A DNA stretch of 64,000 nucleotides from Bauldia sp. (GCF_965232525.1 NZ_OZ246980.1:3872543-3936542), one strand, 5' to 3'. Counted from the first letter of the stretch, positions 38,322-48,159 are shown. Notes: a model not told the origin generated them from the letters alone. A program made the numbers and translations.

Positions 38322-38686
38322 CCCACCGGCTGTTGCAATCCGCCGGCCCAGTTGACCGGGCGCACTTCATAGTGGGCGACACCCTGCGGCAGCGCCTTCG
38401 CCGCCGCCAGCGCCTCGTCCATCGTGTCGCACTCGACCAGATAGAGGCCGAGCACCTGTTCCTTGGTCTCGGCGAACGGCCCGTCGAGCACCGTGACGAT
38501 ATCGCCCTGCCCACTGACGTTCATCGCCGTCGACGGTTCCATCAGCCGGATAGCGCCGCGATAGACATCCTTCTCGCTGAGGTCCTGCTGCACCGCGCGG
38601 TGAACGGCGAGGTGCGCTTCCTGTTCGTCGTCCGGCAGGCGCGCGAAAACGCCGGGAACGCCGTAGATCAGAATGGTGTAGAGCAT
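38318..38686 (-). CDS. YciI/DGPF family protein
   Basis: DGPFAETKEQVLG.Y..EC...DEA...A, EVRP. Confidence 0.9.
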   Translation of the reverse strand: MLYTILIYGVPGVFARLPDDEQEAHLAVHRAVQQDLSEKDVYRGAIRLMEPSTAMNVSGQGDIVTVLDGPFAETKEQVLGLYLVECDTMDEALAAAKALPQGVAHYEVRPVNWAGGLQQPVG

Positions 38687-38782
38687 CGGATCCTCCGCCG
38701 GTGGCCAGAGTATAAGACGTTTGACGAACCTGCGATCCGACCGGGTGCGTGATCTTTCCCGAAAGTGGGATCAGAGCCTTTT

Positions 38783-38802
38783 GGTTTTTCAGAAAACCTT
38801 CA
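38783..38802. promoter_or_regulatory. Palindromic motif upstream of RTX paralog 1
   Basis: GGTTTT-TCAG-AAAACC-TTCA, repeated at 39946-39965. Confidence 0.5.
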
Positions 38803-38929
38803 GTTTTCGTGCCACCAGACGGCCTCAATCCTTTATCACTAGGCGCCATCGCATCGGCGCTGAACGGCGACCGGCGCAACCCAATTTATCGCACGACGCA
38901 ACGCAACGACACGGATACGGAGAGAACCA

Positions 38930-39736
38930 ATGGTCAAATTTGTCGCGAAGAAAGGCGTGAACCTGGAAAGCCTCGAGGAGCTCGAACTCCTGATAGGCAA
39001 CCCGAAGATAAAGAATAAAAAGAAGGACAGCTTCACGTTGAAGGACGGCGACCTGAAACTCGAGATCGAAGGTAGCGGCTTCGACTATATCGGCGGTATC
39101 CCGGTTTCCGGCAAGATCGAGAAGATCGAAGCCTTCCAGTCGGGCAAGCTCGCCTACACCCTGAAGAAACTGAATCTGAAGATCAGCGATCTGGGATCCT
39201 TCGGCAGCGTCGAGGACGCGCTGGCCTCGATTCTCAAGGGCGACGACCGGCTGATCGGCTCGGACAAGAAGGATACCCTTCTCGGCTTCAACGGTGACGA
39301 CGTCATCAAGGGGAACAAGGGCGGCGACACCCTCGGCGGCCAGAAGGGCAAGGACACCCTGAAGGGTGGCAACGGCAAGGACGTCCTTGACGGCGGCGAG
39401 AACAAGGACACGCTCGAGGGCGGCAAAGGCAAGGACAGCTTTGCCTTCACCACCGCCGCGGACGGAAAAGGGGACAGGATCCTCGACTTTGAAGCGGGCG
39501 AGCGGATTCTTCTCGACAACAACGTTTTCGATGTCGGCGCCGCCGGCGCGACCTTGGACCCGTCGCTTTTCGTCGAAGGGTCGGAGGCCACCAACGCCAA
39601 CCACCGGATCGTCGCTTTGGAATCAAAGGGAAAAATCTGGTACGACGACGATGGTGATGGAGCCAACGCCAAGGTTCTCCTTGCCAAGGTGACACCCGGC
39701 ACCAACCTCGACGCCGACAACTTCTTCGTCATCTGA
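38930..39736 (+). CDS. Small RTX-type Ca-binding secreted protein (paralog 1)
   Basis: GGxGxDxL repeats and T1SS-type C-terminus (WYD.DG.G, DADNFFVI). Confidence 0.85.
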   Translation: MVKFVAKKGVNLESLEELELLIGNPKIKNKKKDSFTLKDGDLKLEIEGSGFDYIGGIPVSGKIEKIEAFQSGKLAYTLKKLNLKISDLGSFGSVEDALASILKGDDRLIGSDKKDTLLGFNGDDVIKGNKGGDTLGGQKGKDTLKGGNGKDVLDGGENKDTLEGGKGKDSFAFTTAADGKGDRILDFEAGERILLDNNVFDVGAAGATLDPSLFVEGSEATNANHRIVALESKGKIWYDDDGDGANAKVLLAKVTPGTNLDADNFFVI

Positions 39737-39798
39737 CGCCGTTCCTGGTCGCGCTACCCGTTGCGTACGAGCGCCGGGTAGCGCCGCCAACTCTTCGA

Positions 39799-39850
39799 TC
39801 ATAACCACCGCTCCACCAGCCGGAGGCTCGCGTCGCCGGGCGCCGAACGC
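39799..39850 (-). pseudogene. Stranded copy of the last ~16 codons of the Pat-like gene
   Basis: Encodes RSAPGDASLRLVERWL-stop; the intact gene ends RPAPGDASLRLVERWL-stop. Confidence 0.8.
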
Positions 39851-39945
39851 AACGGGACGACCGGCGTCTGCCCCCGCGCTCGTCGACTACGATCGCGGTC
39901 TGGCCCGTGAGCCACTTGCCGACGAGTTTTGTATCGCGGACTTAA

Positions 39946-39965
39946 GGTTTTTCAGAAAAACTTCA
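39946..39965. promoter_or_regulatory. Palindromic motif upstream of RTX paralog 2
   Basis: GGTTTT-TCAG-AAAAAC-TTCA. Confidence 0.5.
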
Positions 39966-40064
39966 CTTGTAAACGCGACCGACCAGTGCAATTTCCATCG
40001 TTATAGCAACGCTTTCGCGTCATCACCGATTATTCGGTAAAACGATCGACTATGGAGACAACTA

Positions 40065-40868
40065 TTGGTCAAACTCGTCGCTGAAACCAGCGCATTCACC
40101 AATCTCAAAGAGCTTGAACTTCTCATCGGCAGCCCGGATCTCAAAAATCCGCGCTCCGATAGCTTCAATTTGAAAGACGGCGACGTCAAGCTGAAAGTCG
40201 AAGGCAGCGGCTTCACCTATGACTCTGGTTTCCCCACCGGTGGCAAGATCACCGATGTGGAAATCTTTGTGTCGGATAAGCTTGCGTACAGCTTGTCCGA
40301 CATGAATCTGAAAATTAGTGATGTGCTCTCTTTCGAGAACGTCGGCCAACTGGTCGCCAGGATTTTCAAAGGCAACGACGAACTCATCGGATCGACGGAA
40401 GGAGACGTCTTATCCGGCCACAAGGGCGCCGATGTCATCAAGGGTAAGAAAGGTGATGACGCGCTTCTCGGCCAAAAAGGCGACGACAACATCAAGGGCG
40501 GCAACGGCGCCGATATCCTCGACGGCGGCGCAGGCCGCGACAAGCTCGACGGCGGTCGTGGCATCGACAAATACGTCTTCACTGCGGCGCCCGGGAAAGG
40601 GGTCGACAAGATCGTCGACTTCCAGGCCGGCGAGCAGATCGCGCTCGACGATGCCGTGTTCAACGTTGGTCCGACCGGCGTCCCGCTGTCCCCGACCGCG
40701 TTCGTGGAAGGGTCGAAGGCCACCACAGCCGACCACCGGATCGTCTACAAAGAGTCCAACGGTAAAATCTGGCACGACGACGATGGCATCGGCCCAACGA
40801 AAAAGGTGCTGATCGCCAAGGTCACCCCCGGCACCGATCTCGACGCGGGCGACTTCTTCGTCTTCTGA
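40065..40868 (+). CDS. Small RTX-type Ca-binding secreted protein (paralog 2)
   Basis: TTG start after GGAGA; collinear with 38930..39736 (LELLIG.P, LKDGD.KL..EGSGF, KVTPGT.LDA..FFV). Confidence 0.85.
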   Translation: MVKLVAETSAFTNLKELELLIGSPDLKNPRSDSFNLKDGDVKLKVEGSGFTYDSGFPTGGKITDVEIFVSDKLAYSLSDMNLKISDVLSFENVGQLVARIFKGNDELIGSTEGDVLSGHKGADVIKGKKGDDALLGQKGDDNIKGGNGADILDGGAGRDKLDGGRGIDKYVFTAAPGKGVDKIVDFQAGEQIALDDAVFNVGPTGVPLSPTAFVEGSKATTADHRIVYKESNGKIWHDDDGIGPTKKVLIAKVTPGTDLDAGDFFVF

Positions 40869-40931
40869 CGCCTCGCCGAACAACGCTGCCCGCCGTGTGA
40901 ACCGCGTCGGGCGGCGTCTCGGGCTTCACGG

Positions 40932-43616
40932 CTACAACCAGCGCTCGACCAGCCGCAGGCTCGCGTCGCCTGGCGCCGGGCGCACCGAGAAGCCGAGCGT
41001 ATCCATCAGCTCCAGCATGCTGTGGTTCTCGGCGAGCACGCCGCCCTCGATTGAGCGCAGGCCGTTGCTCCGCGCCGCCTCCATCAGCCCTTTCATCAGC
41101 CGCGAGCCGATCCCCTGCTTCTGCCGGCGATCGTCGACGACAATCGCGAATTCGCATGACCTGCCGTCCGGGTTGATGGTGTAGCGGGCGACGCCGACCT
41201 GGCGGTCCTTGCCGCCGTCGCGGATCACCGCGATCAGCGCCATTTCGCGGCTGTAGTCGATCTGGGTGAAGCGGACGAGCATCTCCGGCGTCAATTCGTC
41301 GATGCTCTGCATGAAACGGAAGTACTTCGCCTCCGCTGACAGGTCGCGAACGAACGCCTGCTCGATCTCGGCGTCTTCCGGCCGGATGGGGCGGATGGTC
41401 AGCTCGGTCCCGTCGGGCAGCAGGCTCGTCCCGGTGAGTTGCGTCGGATAGGGATGGATCGCCATGTGCGCATAAGGCTCGGGCGTCGTGACCGGCCGCC
41501 GGACGCTGATCCGCGCGTCGATGGCGATCGCCCCGTCCGGATCGACGAACAACGGGTTGATGTCCATTTCGTCGATGTGCGGCAACTCGCAGACCAGTTC
41601 CGATATCCGCAGGAGCACGTCTTCCAGGACCTCGCGGTTGACGGCCTTGAGATTGCGGAAGGCGTCGAGCGCCTTCGAGATCCGGGTCCGCGTGATCAAT
41701 CGGCGGGCGAGCAGATGATTGAGCGGCGGCAGGGCAACAGCGCTGTCGCGCAGGAGTTCGGTCATCGTGCCGCCGGCGCCAAACGAGATCACCGGTCCGA
41801 ACACCGGATCGTTCTTGACGCCGACGAGCAGCGATCGTGCGTGTGGCGACTTGACCATCGCCTCCACCGTCACGCCGCGGATCGTCGCTTCCGGCCGCGC
41901 CGCCGCCACATCGCGCATCAGCGCGTCATAGGTTGGACGGATTTCGGCGGCCGACGTGATGTTGAGCCGCACGCCGTCGACATCGGATTTGTGCGAGATA
42001 TCCGGCGACCAGATTTTCATCGCGACCGGAAAGCCGAGCGTCTCGGCCGCCACCAGGGCTTCAGCCGCCGAGTGCGCCTGACGGGTCGGGTTGGAGCGGA
42101 TGTGGAAGGCGCTGAGAATCGCCTTCGATTCGGTATCCGACAGCATCGTCCGCCCGTCGGCGAGCACCGCCTCGACCACGAGCCGCGCCCCTTCGACATC
42201 GGGAAGCTTGCGGTCGTCGGAGAAGGGGCCCGGCGTCTGCAGGAGCAGTTCCTGGTTGCGGCGGAACTGAGCGAGATAGGAGAACGCCTCGACCGCCCGC
42301 TCCGGCGTGGTGAAGTCGGGGATGCCCTCTTGCGACATCCGCACCCGCGCGTCCGCCACCCGGGTCTCACCCATGAAGCAGGCGAGCACCGGCTTGCTCT
42401 CGTTCGCTTGCATCGCCGCGATCAGGGCGTCCGCCGCCGCCTCCGGCTCGGTCATCGCCTGCGGCGTCAACATCGCCAGCAGCCCGTCGACCGACTTGTC
42501 CTCCAGGCACGCGGTGACCGCCGCGCCGTAGACGTCGGGTCCTGCATCGCCGAGGACGTCGACCGGGTTACCGCGCGACCAGAACGGCGGCAGCAACGCA
42601 TCGAGCTTGGCCAGCGTCTCCGGTTCGAGCGCGGCGAGTCGCACCCCGAGGTCGCCGACCCGGTCGGCGGCTAGCACGCCCGCGCCACCGCCATTGGTTA
42701 GAATCGCCAGGCGATTTCCCTTGACCCGCCGGTTGTGGGAGAGAATCTCCGCCGCCGCGAAGAGCTGCCCGAAGGTCATCGCCCGGACGACACCGGCCCG
42801 CTCCAGCGCCGCGTCGAACACGTCATCGGAGCCGATCAGGGCGCCGGTATGGGTCGCCGCCGCCTTCGAGCCGCTCTCGTGCCGGCCGGCCTTGAGCACG
42901 ATCACCGGTTTCGACCGCGCCGCGATCCTGAGGCCGCTCATGAAGGCGCGGGCGTCCTTGACCCCCTCGACATAGAGCAGGATCGCATCCGACTCTGGGT
43001 CCGTGGCGAGGTAGTCGAGAATGTCGCCGAAGTCGGTATCGAGTGCGTTGCCGAGTGACACGATGGTCGAGAAGCCGAGATGGTGGGGCGCGGCCCAGTC
43101 GACGATCGCCGTGCACAACGCGCCGGACTGCGAGACCAGCGCCAACCGCCCGGGCGGCGCGCTAGCGTCGAGGAACGTCGCGTTCAGCCCGATCCCCGGC
43201 CGCATGACGCCGAGGCAGTTGGGGCCGATGAAGCGGATTTCGGCGCGGCGTGCGGCGTTGCGCAATCTCGCGGCGAGCGCCTTGCCGGCCTCGCCATGTT
43301 CGCCGAAGCCAGCCGAGAGGACGATCGCGCCGCCGACCCGCTTCTCGCCGCACTGGGCCATGATGTCGGGAACCACCTTGGCCGGCGTGGCGATCACCGC
43401 CAGGTCGACCGGTCCCTCGACTTCCGTGATCGTGTCGAAACAGCGCCGTCCGCGGACTTCGTCATATTTCGGGTTAACCGGGATGACCTCGCCCTTGAAA
43501 TCGCCATTGGTGAGGTTGGCGAAGACCCGGCCCCCAACCCTTTCGGGATTCTCGCTGGCGCCGAGAACGGCAATCGTCCGCGGACTGAAGATCGTTTCGA
43601 GGCGATGCGGTCCCAT
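40932..43616 (-). CDS. Acetate-CoA-ligase-like/GNAT fusion (Pat/PatZ-type protein lysine acetyltransferase)
   Basis: CoA-binding, ligase-like and ATP-grasp-like regions (GPNCLG, SQSGA, TNGGG.GV, FGPVI.FG.GG, E.DINPL) plus a C-terminal GNAT (RPIRPED, EFAIVV.D..Q..GIG..L). Confidence 0.9.
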   Translation of the reverse strand: MGPHRLETIFSPRTIAVLGASENPERVGGRVFANLTNGDFKGEVIPVNPKYDEVRGRRCFDTITEVEGPVDLAVIATPAKVVPDIMAQCGEKRVGGAIVLSAGFGEHGEAGKALAARLRNAARRAEIRFIGPNCLGVMRPGIGLNATFLDASAPPGRLALVSQSGALCTAIVDWAAPHHLGFSTIVSLGNALDTDFGDILDYLATDPESDAILLYVEGVKDARAFMSGLRIAARSKPVIVLKAGRHESGSKAAATHTGALIGSDDVFDAALERAGVVRAMTFGQLFAAAEILSHNRRVKGNRLAILTNGGGAGVLAADRVGDLGVRLAALEPETLAKLDALLPPFWSRGNPVDVLGDAGPDVYGAAVTACLEDKSVDGLLAMLTPQAMTEPEAAADALIAAMQANESKPVLACFMGETRVADARVRMSQEGIPDFTTPERAVEAFSYLAQFRRNQELLLQTPGPFSDDRKLPDVEGARLVVEAVLADGRTMLSDTESKAILSAFHIRSNPTRQAHSAAEALVAAETLGFPVAMKIWSPDISHKSDVDGVRLNITSAAEIRPTYDALMRDVAAARPEATIRGVTVEAMVKSPHARSLLVGVKNDPVFGPVISFGAGGTMTELLRDSAVALPPLNHLLARRLITRTRISKALDAFRNLKAVNREVLEDVLLRISELVCELPHIDEMDINPLFVDPDGAIAIDARISVRRPVTTPEPYAHMAIHPYPTQLTGTSLLPDGTELTIRPIRPEDAEIEQAFVRDLSAEAKYFRFMQSIDELTPEMLVRFTQIDYSREMALIAVIRDGGKDRQVGVARYTINPDGRSCEFAIVVDDRRQKQGIGSRLMKGLMEAARSNGLRSIEGGVLAENHSMLELMDTLGFSVRPAPGDASLRLVERWL

Positions 43617-43747
43617 CCGACTCTCCAGGCATAGTGCACTGCGGCGGGGTATACCGCACCGCAGCGCACGCTGTTTGACACAAGTCGGATCGCCGGCCGT
43701 CTTTTTCCAGTCGGCCGGCGGGGTAAATCGTCGCTGGGATCGGCGCG

Positions 43748-44239
43748 TCAGACGCCGATCGGAATCTTGAGGACTTGGCCGGGGAAGATCAGATTCGGAT
43801 CGCTGATGATCAGCGGATTGGCGCGTGAAATATTGGTGAAAGCACTCGAGTCCCCATAATTGGCGGCGGCGATCGCCGACAAGGTGTCGCCGGGCTGCAC
43901 CACATGCTCCCGGTAACCGATGTAGTCCGGCACGATCCGCGGACCGAAGATCACCGGGACCGTTACCTTGTTGATTTCCGAACCGTCCTTGGCGCTTTCT
44001 TCGTAGACCTCGACGAACAGCCGATCGAGCTGAAACGCCGCACCCGTCACGTCGACGGCGAGTTGAAACTGCCCGTGCTCGCCGGTGCCGCCGCCGACAT
44101 TGAAGAAGCCGGTCCGCTCGTCATGACCGTCATGGACGCGGTACTGAAGGGTTGCCTCGAACCCCTGGCCGATCCCGCCGATCAGGACCGGATTGCCGAC
44201 CAAGTCGTAAGGTGCCGGTTGTTGAATAATGTTTGTCAT
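43748..44239 (-). CDS. Gmad2-like Ig domain plus LysM domain protein
   Basis: P.....V.NPV.I.G....FEA..Y resembles Gmad2; LysM HVVQPGDTLSAIA...YG......I..AN...ISDPNLIFPGQVL.IP; start moved to ATG 44239. Confidence 0.75.
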   Translation of the reverse strand: MTNIIQQPAPYDLVGNPVLIGGIGQGFEATLQYRVHDGHDERTGFFNVGGGTGEHGQFQLAVDVTGAAFQLDRLFVEVYEESAKDGSEINKVTVPVIFGPRIVPDYIGYREHVVQPGDTLSAIAAANYGDSSAFTNISRANPLIISDPNLIFPGQVLKIPIGV

Positions 44240-44414
44240 CGTCGCCTCCACTTTGCCGGACTTCATCGGTCCGGACCTGCCCACTAAAGCCCCCCTTCCC
44301 GGCTAGCGCTGCAAAACGGTGGATGTTGGGCAGTTATCGCCTCGCCGGGATCATCATTGACATGTAATCTGTAGCTGACATATAGAAGGTCGACCGCCCC
44401 CAATGGAGAGACCC

Positions 44415-44990
44415 ATGTTCCGCACCGTCCTGGCCGCCGCCTGCGCCGTATGCGCCACCGCCGCTTCCGCCGCGACCCTCACCCAGACCGCCCACTTCCC
44501 AGGCGCCGACGCCGGTGACCTGTTCGCCATGTACATGTCGACCGACGGCCACGCGGCGATCACCGGTTTGCCGGCCCGCTTCGTCAACACCGGAGGCGAC
44601 CCTGTCGAGACCGCGGGGATCGGCGATCGCCTCGCCGCCTTCTGCTTCACGCCCGACCAGTGCGGCCTTGATGCGCGGATCATCGACGTCCAGAAAGCAC
44701 CGGGCGCCCACACCGTTGTGATGTCGTGGTGGAATTTCGGTTGGGTCTCCGCCGTCAATCCCGACGACGTCGCCGCCAGCCCGCGCGGCGCGCTCGACTC
44801 GACCCTGGTGCTCACGTTCCGCGACACGCCGACCGGCGCCCAGATCGAACTGGTGCAGGCCAACGTGCCCGACTACAAGGTGCGCATACCGAACCCGGAC
44901 GGCTCGGAGGAAATCGGTCCGCTCAGCCAGATCGTCAACACCCACTGGAACACGCTCTATTGGGACAGGATCCGCGGCTTGACCGAGTAG
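44415..44990 (+). CDS. Exported SRPBCC/Aha1-like protein
   Basis: Signal peptide MFRTVLAAACAVCATAASA; Q...F......LF..YM...H..ITG, L.L.F, I.LVQ.NVP, HW...YW. Confidence 0.6.
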   Translation: MFRTVLAAACAVCATAASAATLTQTAHFPGADAGDLFAMYMSTDGHAAITGLPARFVNTGGDPVETAGIGDRLAAFCFTPDQCGLDARIIDVQKAPGAHTVVMSWWNFGWVSAVNPDDVAASPRGALDSTLVLTFRDTPTGAQIELVQANVPDYKVRIPNPDGSEEIGPLSQIVNTHWNTLYWDRIRGLTE

Positions 44991-45015
44991 CCGTCCGGCG
45001 ACGATCGGAGGGGCC

Positions 45016-45351
45016 TTGACCTATCGGCTGCAAGGGGTGTTCACGGCGATTGCCGACCCGCACCGCCGGGCGATGCTCGATTATCTGGCGGCCGGCGAAC
45101 TATCGGCCGGCGAGCTTGCCGCCAAGTTCGACATCTCGCGGCCGGCGGTCGCCAACCACCTGAAGATTCTCGAAGACAACCGGCTGGTGCGGATCACCCG
45201 GCGCGGCCGGCGGCGCATGCATAGCCTCGACCCGCACGGTCTGCTCGAGGTGCGCGACTGGCTGAACCGCTACGCCGCGTTCTGGGACGACCGGCTCGAC
45301 ACCCTGAAGGCGCTGGTCGAGGCGGAAGGCAAAGACGAGGCGACCGAATGA
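45016..45351 (+). CDS. ArsR/SmtB family regulator
   Basis: F.AIADPHRR..L..L, ISRPAV..HL..L, L.EV.DW...Y..FW..RLD.L. Confidence 0.9.
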   Translation: MTYRLQGVFTAIADPHRRAMLDYLAAGELSAGELAAKFDISRPAVANHLKILEDNRLVRITRRGRRRMHSLDPHGLLEVRDWLNRYAAFWDDRLDTLKALVEAEGKDEATE

Positions 45352-45800
45352 CCGACACCGACGCCATCCACCGCACCATCACCATCGCCGCCCCCATCGA
45401 CCGGGTGTGGGCCTACCTCACCGAGCGCGACAAGATCGCCGCGTGGTTGATGCCCAACACCTTCGTGCCGGAGACCGGCCGGCGCTTTACCATGGATTGC
45501 CCGCCCGGCATCGGCTCCGGCGCGCCGATCGCGTGCGCGGTCACCGAATGCGTGCCGCCCGCCGACGGCCGCGCTCGCCTCGCCTATACCTGGGCGATCG
45601 ACCGGCCGCCGATCGAAACCCTGCTCACCATCGAGCTCACCGGAACCGCCGCCACCACCCGCCTCGATTTGGTCCACTCCGGCTGGTCCCAGCTCGACCC
45701 GGCCGATGCCTACGTCCGCGACCGCCACGAACAGGGCTGGGACGTGCTGCTCACCCAGCACCTGATGCCGCTGGTGGTGGGCAAGGCGCCCGGCGCATAG
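45348..45800 (+). CDS. SRPBCC (AHSA1-like) domain protein
   Basis: I.APIDRVW.YLT....IA.WLMPN.F, TRL.LVHSGW, H..GW; coupled to the ArsR gene. Confidence 0.88.
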   Translation: MTDTDAIHRTITIAAPIDRVWAYLTERDKIAAWLMPNTFVPETGRRFTMDCPPGIGSGAPIACAVTECVPPADGRARLAYTWAIDRPPIETLLTIELTGTAATTRLDLVHSGWSQLDPADAYVRDRHEQGWDVLLTQHLMPLVVGKAPGA

Positions 45801-45866
45801 ACATCCCCCAATCCGAATCACCGCCGTCGTGCTAGACAGGGTCTGACCTGAGGTCGGAGGCCCGAC

Positions 45867-47318
45867 TTGGAGCAGCACGTCGTCGACCTGACCGGCATCG
45901 CCTTCGTGATGGCGATCGCCGCGTTGCTCGGCTTCCTGCTGATGCGCTTCCGCCAGCCGCCGATCGTCGGCTACATCCTCGCCGGAATCGTGCTCGGCCC
46001 GACCGGTCTCGGCCTCGTCTCCAACACCGAATCGATCACCATCCTCGCCGAGCTCGGCGTGATCATGCTGCTCTTCCTGATCGGCATGGAGATGTCGGTC
46101 CGCGCCTTCCGCACTGTCGCCGGCATCGCCTCGATCGTCGCCGGCGGGCAAATCGCCGCGAGCCTGGCGGTCACTGTCCTCCTCGGCCTGGTGTTCGGCT
46201 GGGCGATCGAGGCGATCGTCGCCCTCGCCTTCGTCCTCGCGATTTCCTCGACCGCCGTCGCCATGCAGATGCTGGAGGAAATCGGTCAGCTGCGCACCGC
46301 CACCGGCCGGATCACCGTTGGCGTGCTCATCGCCCAGGACATCGCGGTGGTGCCGATGCTGGTGCTGCTTGGCTCGTTCGGCGCCGAGACCGACGTCGGC
46401 GCGTTGGTGATCAAGCTGGCGGTCGCCGCGATCCTGATCGTCGCCCTGCTTCGCTACCTCTCGGTGCGGCCCGGCAAGCTGCCGATCCCCTTCGCCGAGC
46501 GTATCCGCGAACGGATCGACATGGTGGCGGTCGCGAGCGTCGCCTTCTGCTTCGGGGCCGCGGCGCTCACCAGCGTATTCGGCCTGTCGGCCGCCTTCGG
46601 CGCCTTCGTCGCCGGCCTGGTGATCGCCGGCTCGAACCTGCGCGCCGAGGCGATCGCTGCCACCCATCCGATCCAGAGCCTCCTGATCGTCGTCTTCTTC
46701 CTGTCGATCGGCCTGCTGATCGATCTCACCTATGTGGTTGCCAATCTCGGCACGGTGATTGTCGTCGTGCTCGCGGTGCTTGTCGCCAAGACCGTTGTCA
46801 ACGTGCTGCTGCTCCGCGCGGTCGGACGACCATGGGAGCAGGCGTTCCCCGGCGGCCTGATCATGTCGCAAATCGGCGAGTTCTCGTTCGTGCTGGCCGC
46901 GAGCGGCCTCGCCGCCGGCGCCGTCGACGCCGACACCTACCGCCTGGCCATCGCGGTGATCGCCATCTCGCTGCTGGTCAGTCCGCTATGGATGGTGTCG
47001 CTGCGCCGTTTCCAGATCACCGCCAGCCACGGAATCACCAGCTTTCGCGAGGCTTTAGCCGAAGTTTATGCCACCGAGATCGAAGAGATCGTCCGGGGCC
47101 GGCTCGCCGTCACCCGCGGTCTCGATCGCGGCCGGCGACAGGCTCGTGCGCTCCGCATCGTCTGGCGGAGACGGCGGCGAGCCAGGCGAAGCCGGCGTGG
47201 GGCGGACGCCGCACCGGAGGAAGCCCCGTCAATCGCGACCGCGGCACCGGACGACGTCAGCCCGGACAAACCGCCCGAGTCCGCGGAGCCACCAGCGCCG
47301 CCAAAATCCAGGCCCTGA
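45867..47318 (+). CDS. CPA2 cation:proton antiporter without a KTN domain
   Basis: P.IVGYILAGI.LGP, AELGV..LLF.IG.E, SSTAV, QDI.VV, FGAF.AG, QIGEFSFVL. Confidence 0.9.
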   Translation: MEQHVVDLTGIAFVMAIAALLGFLLMRFRQPPIVGYILAGIVLGPTGLGLVSNTESITILAELGVIMLLFLIGMEMSVRAFRTVAGIASIVAGGQIAASLAVTVLLGLVFGWAIEAIVALAFVLAISSTAVAMQMLEEIGQLRTATGRITVGVLIAQDIAVVPMLVLLGSFGAETDVGALVIKLAVAAILIVALLRYLSVRPGKLPIPFAERIRERIDMVAVASVAFCFGAAALTSVFGLSAAFGAFVAGLVIAGSNLRAEAIAATHPIQSLLIVVFFLSIGLLIDLTYVVANLGTVIVVVLAVLVAKTVVNVLLLRAVGRPWEQAFPGGLIMSQIGEFSFVLAASGLAAGAVDADTYRLAIAVIAISLLVSPLWMVSLRRFQITASHGITSFREALAEVYATEIEEIVRGRLAVTRGLDRGRRQARALRIVWRRRRRARRSRRGADAAPEEAPSIATAAPDDVSPDKPPESAEPPAPPKSRP

Positions 47319-47348
47319 CCGCTGACAATGCTCGGGCGCGAGCGCCCG

Positions 47349-48159
47349 CTATCGGCCGAACGCCGCGTTGGACAGCGACCGGATCGCCTCGAACACCCCC
47401 GGCGCGCCGGCGATCGCAACGGTACCGTCGGCGACCACTGTTCGTGGATTAGGCGGGACGACCTTGCCGCCCGCCTCTTCGACGAGACAGAAGCTCGCCA
47501 GGCAGTCCCACGCATTCATGTGCGGTTCGCTGTAGCCGATCAGACGCCCGGCGGCGACATAGGCCAGCATGAGGGCGCCCGAGGCGTTCCGGTAGAACAC
47601 GCCACCCTGGGAGAGAAGGGCGTCGATCAGGCCGACGACCTGGTGCTGTTCGGCGCGGTTCGACGACCCGACCCCGAGCGTTCCCTCGCCGAGCGATTGC
47701 GACGACGACACCCGGATCGGCTCGCCGTTGAGGAACGCTCCACCGCCCCGTCGGGCATGGAACGTCTCGCCGACCGATGGCTCGTGCACCACACCGACCA
47801 CCGACACGCCATCGCGCACGCACGCGATCGCAACGCACCAGGCCGGAATGCCCGCCACGAAGTTCGCCGTTCCGTCGATCGGATCGATCACCCAGACGAA
47901 ACCGGATTGTCCTTCGACCGGCGGATGCTCCTCGCCGACGATCGCGTCGTCGGGATAAGTGGCGGCGATCGCCGCCCGGATGACGAGTTCGACCTCGCGG
48001 TCGGCCTCCGACACCAGATCCTGGTGCCCCTTGGATTCGATCGTCAGCGTGTCGCGGGCCCTGAAGTGGCGTAGCCCGATCTTTCCCGCCGCGCGCCGTC
48101 TCGACGGCGAACGCGACCCTTTGATCGAGGTTTTCGGGCGAATGGGTCACGGGGTCCAC
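47349..48159 (-). pseudogene. Inositol monophosphatase family gene split by a frameshift near 48090
   Basis: N-terminus MDPVTHSPENLDQRVAFAVETAR is in one frame; AGKIGLRHF...KGHQDLVSEADREVE...GEE...WVIDPIDGTANF...WD.LA is in another. Pseudogene or sequencing error. Confidence 0.75.

Noticed and set aside
48081-48100. Programmed ribosomal frameshift in the IMPase gene
   Set aside because: No canonical slippery heptamer in the required frame and no stimulatory structure seen; mutation or sequencing error is simpler.
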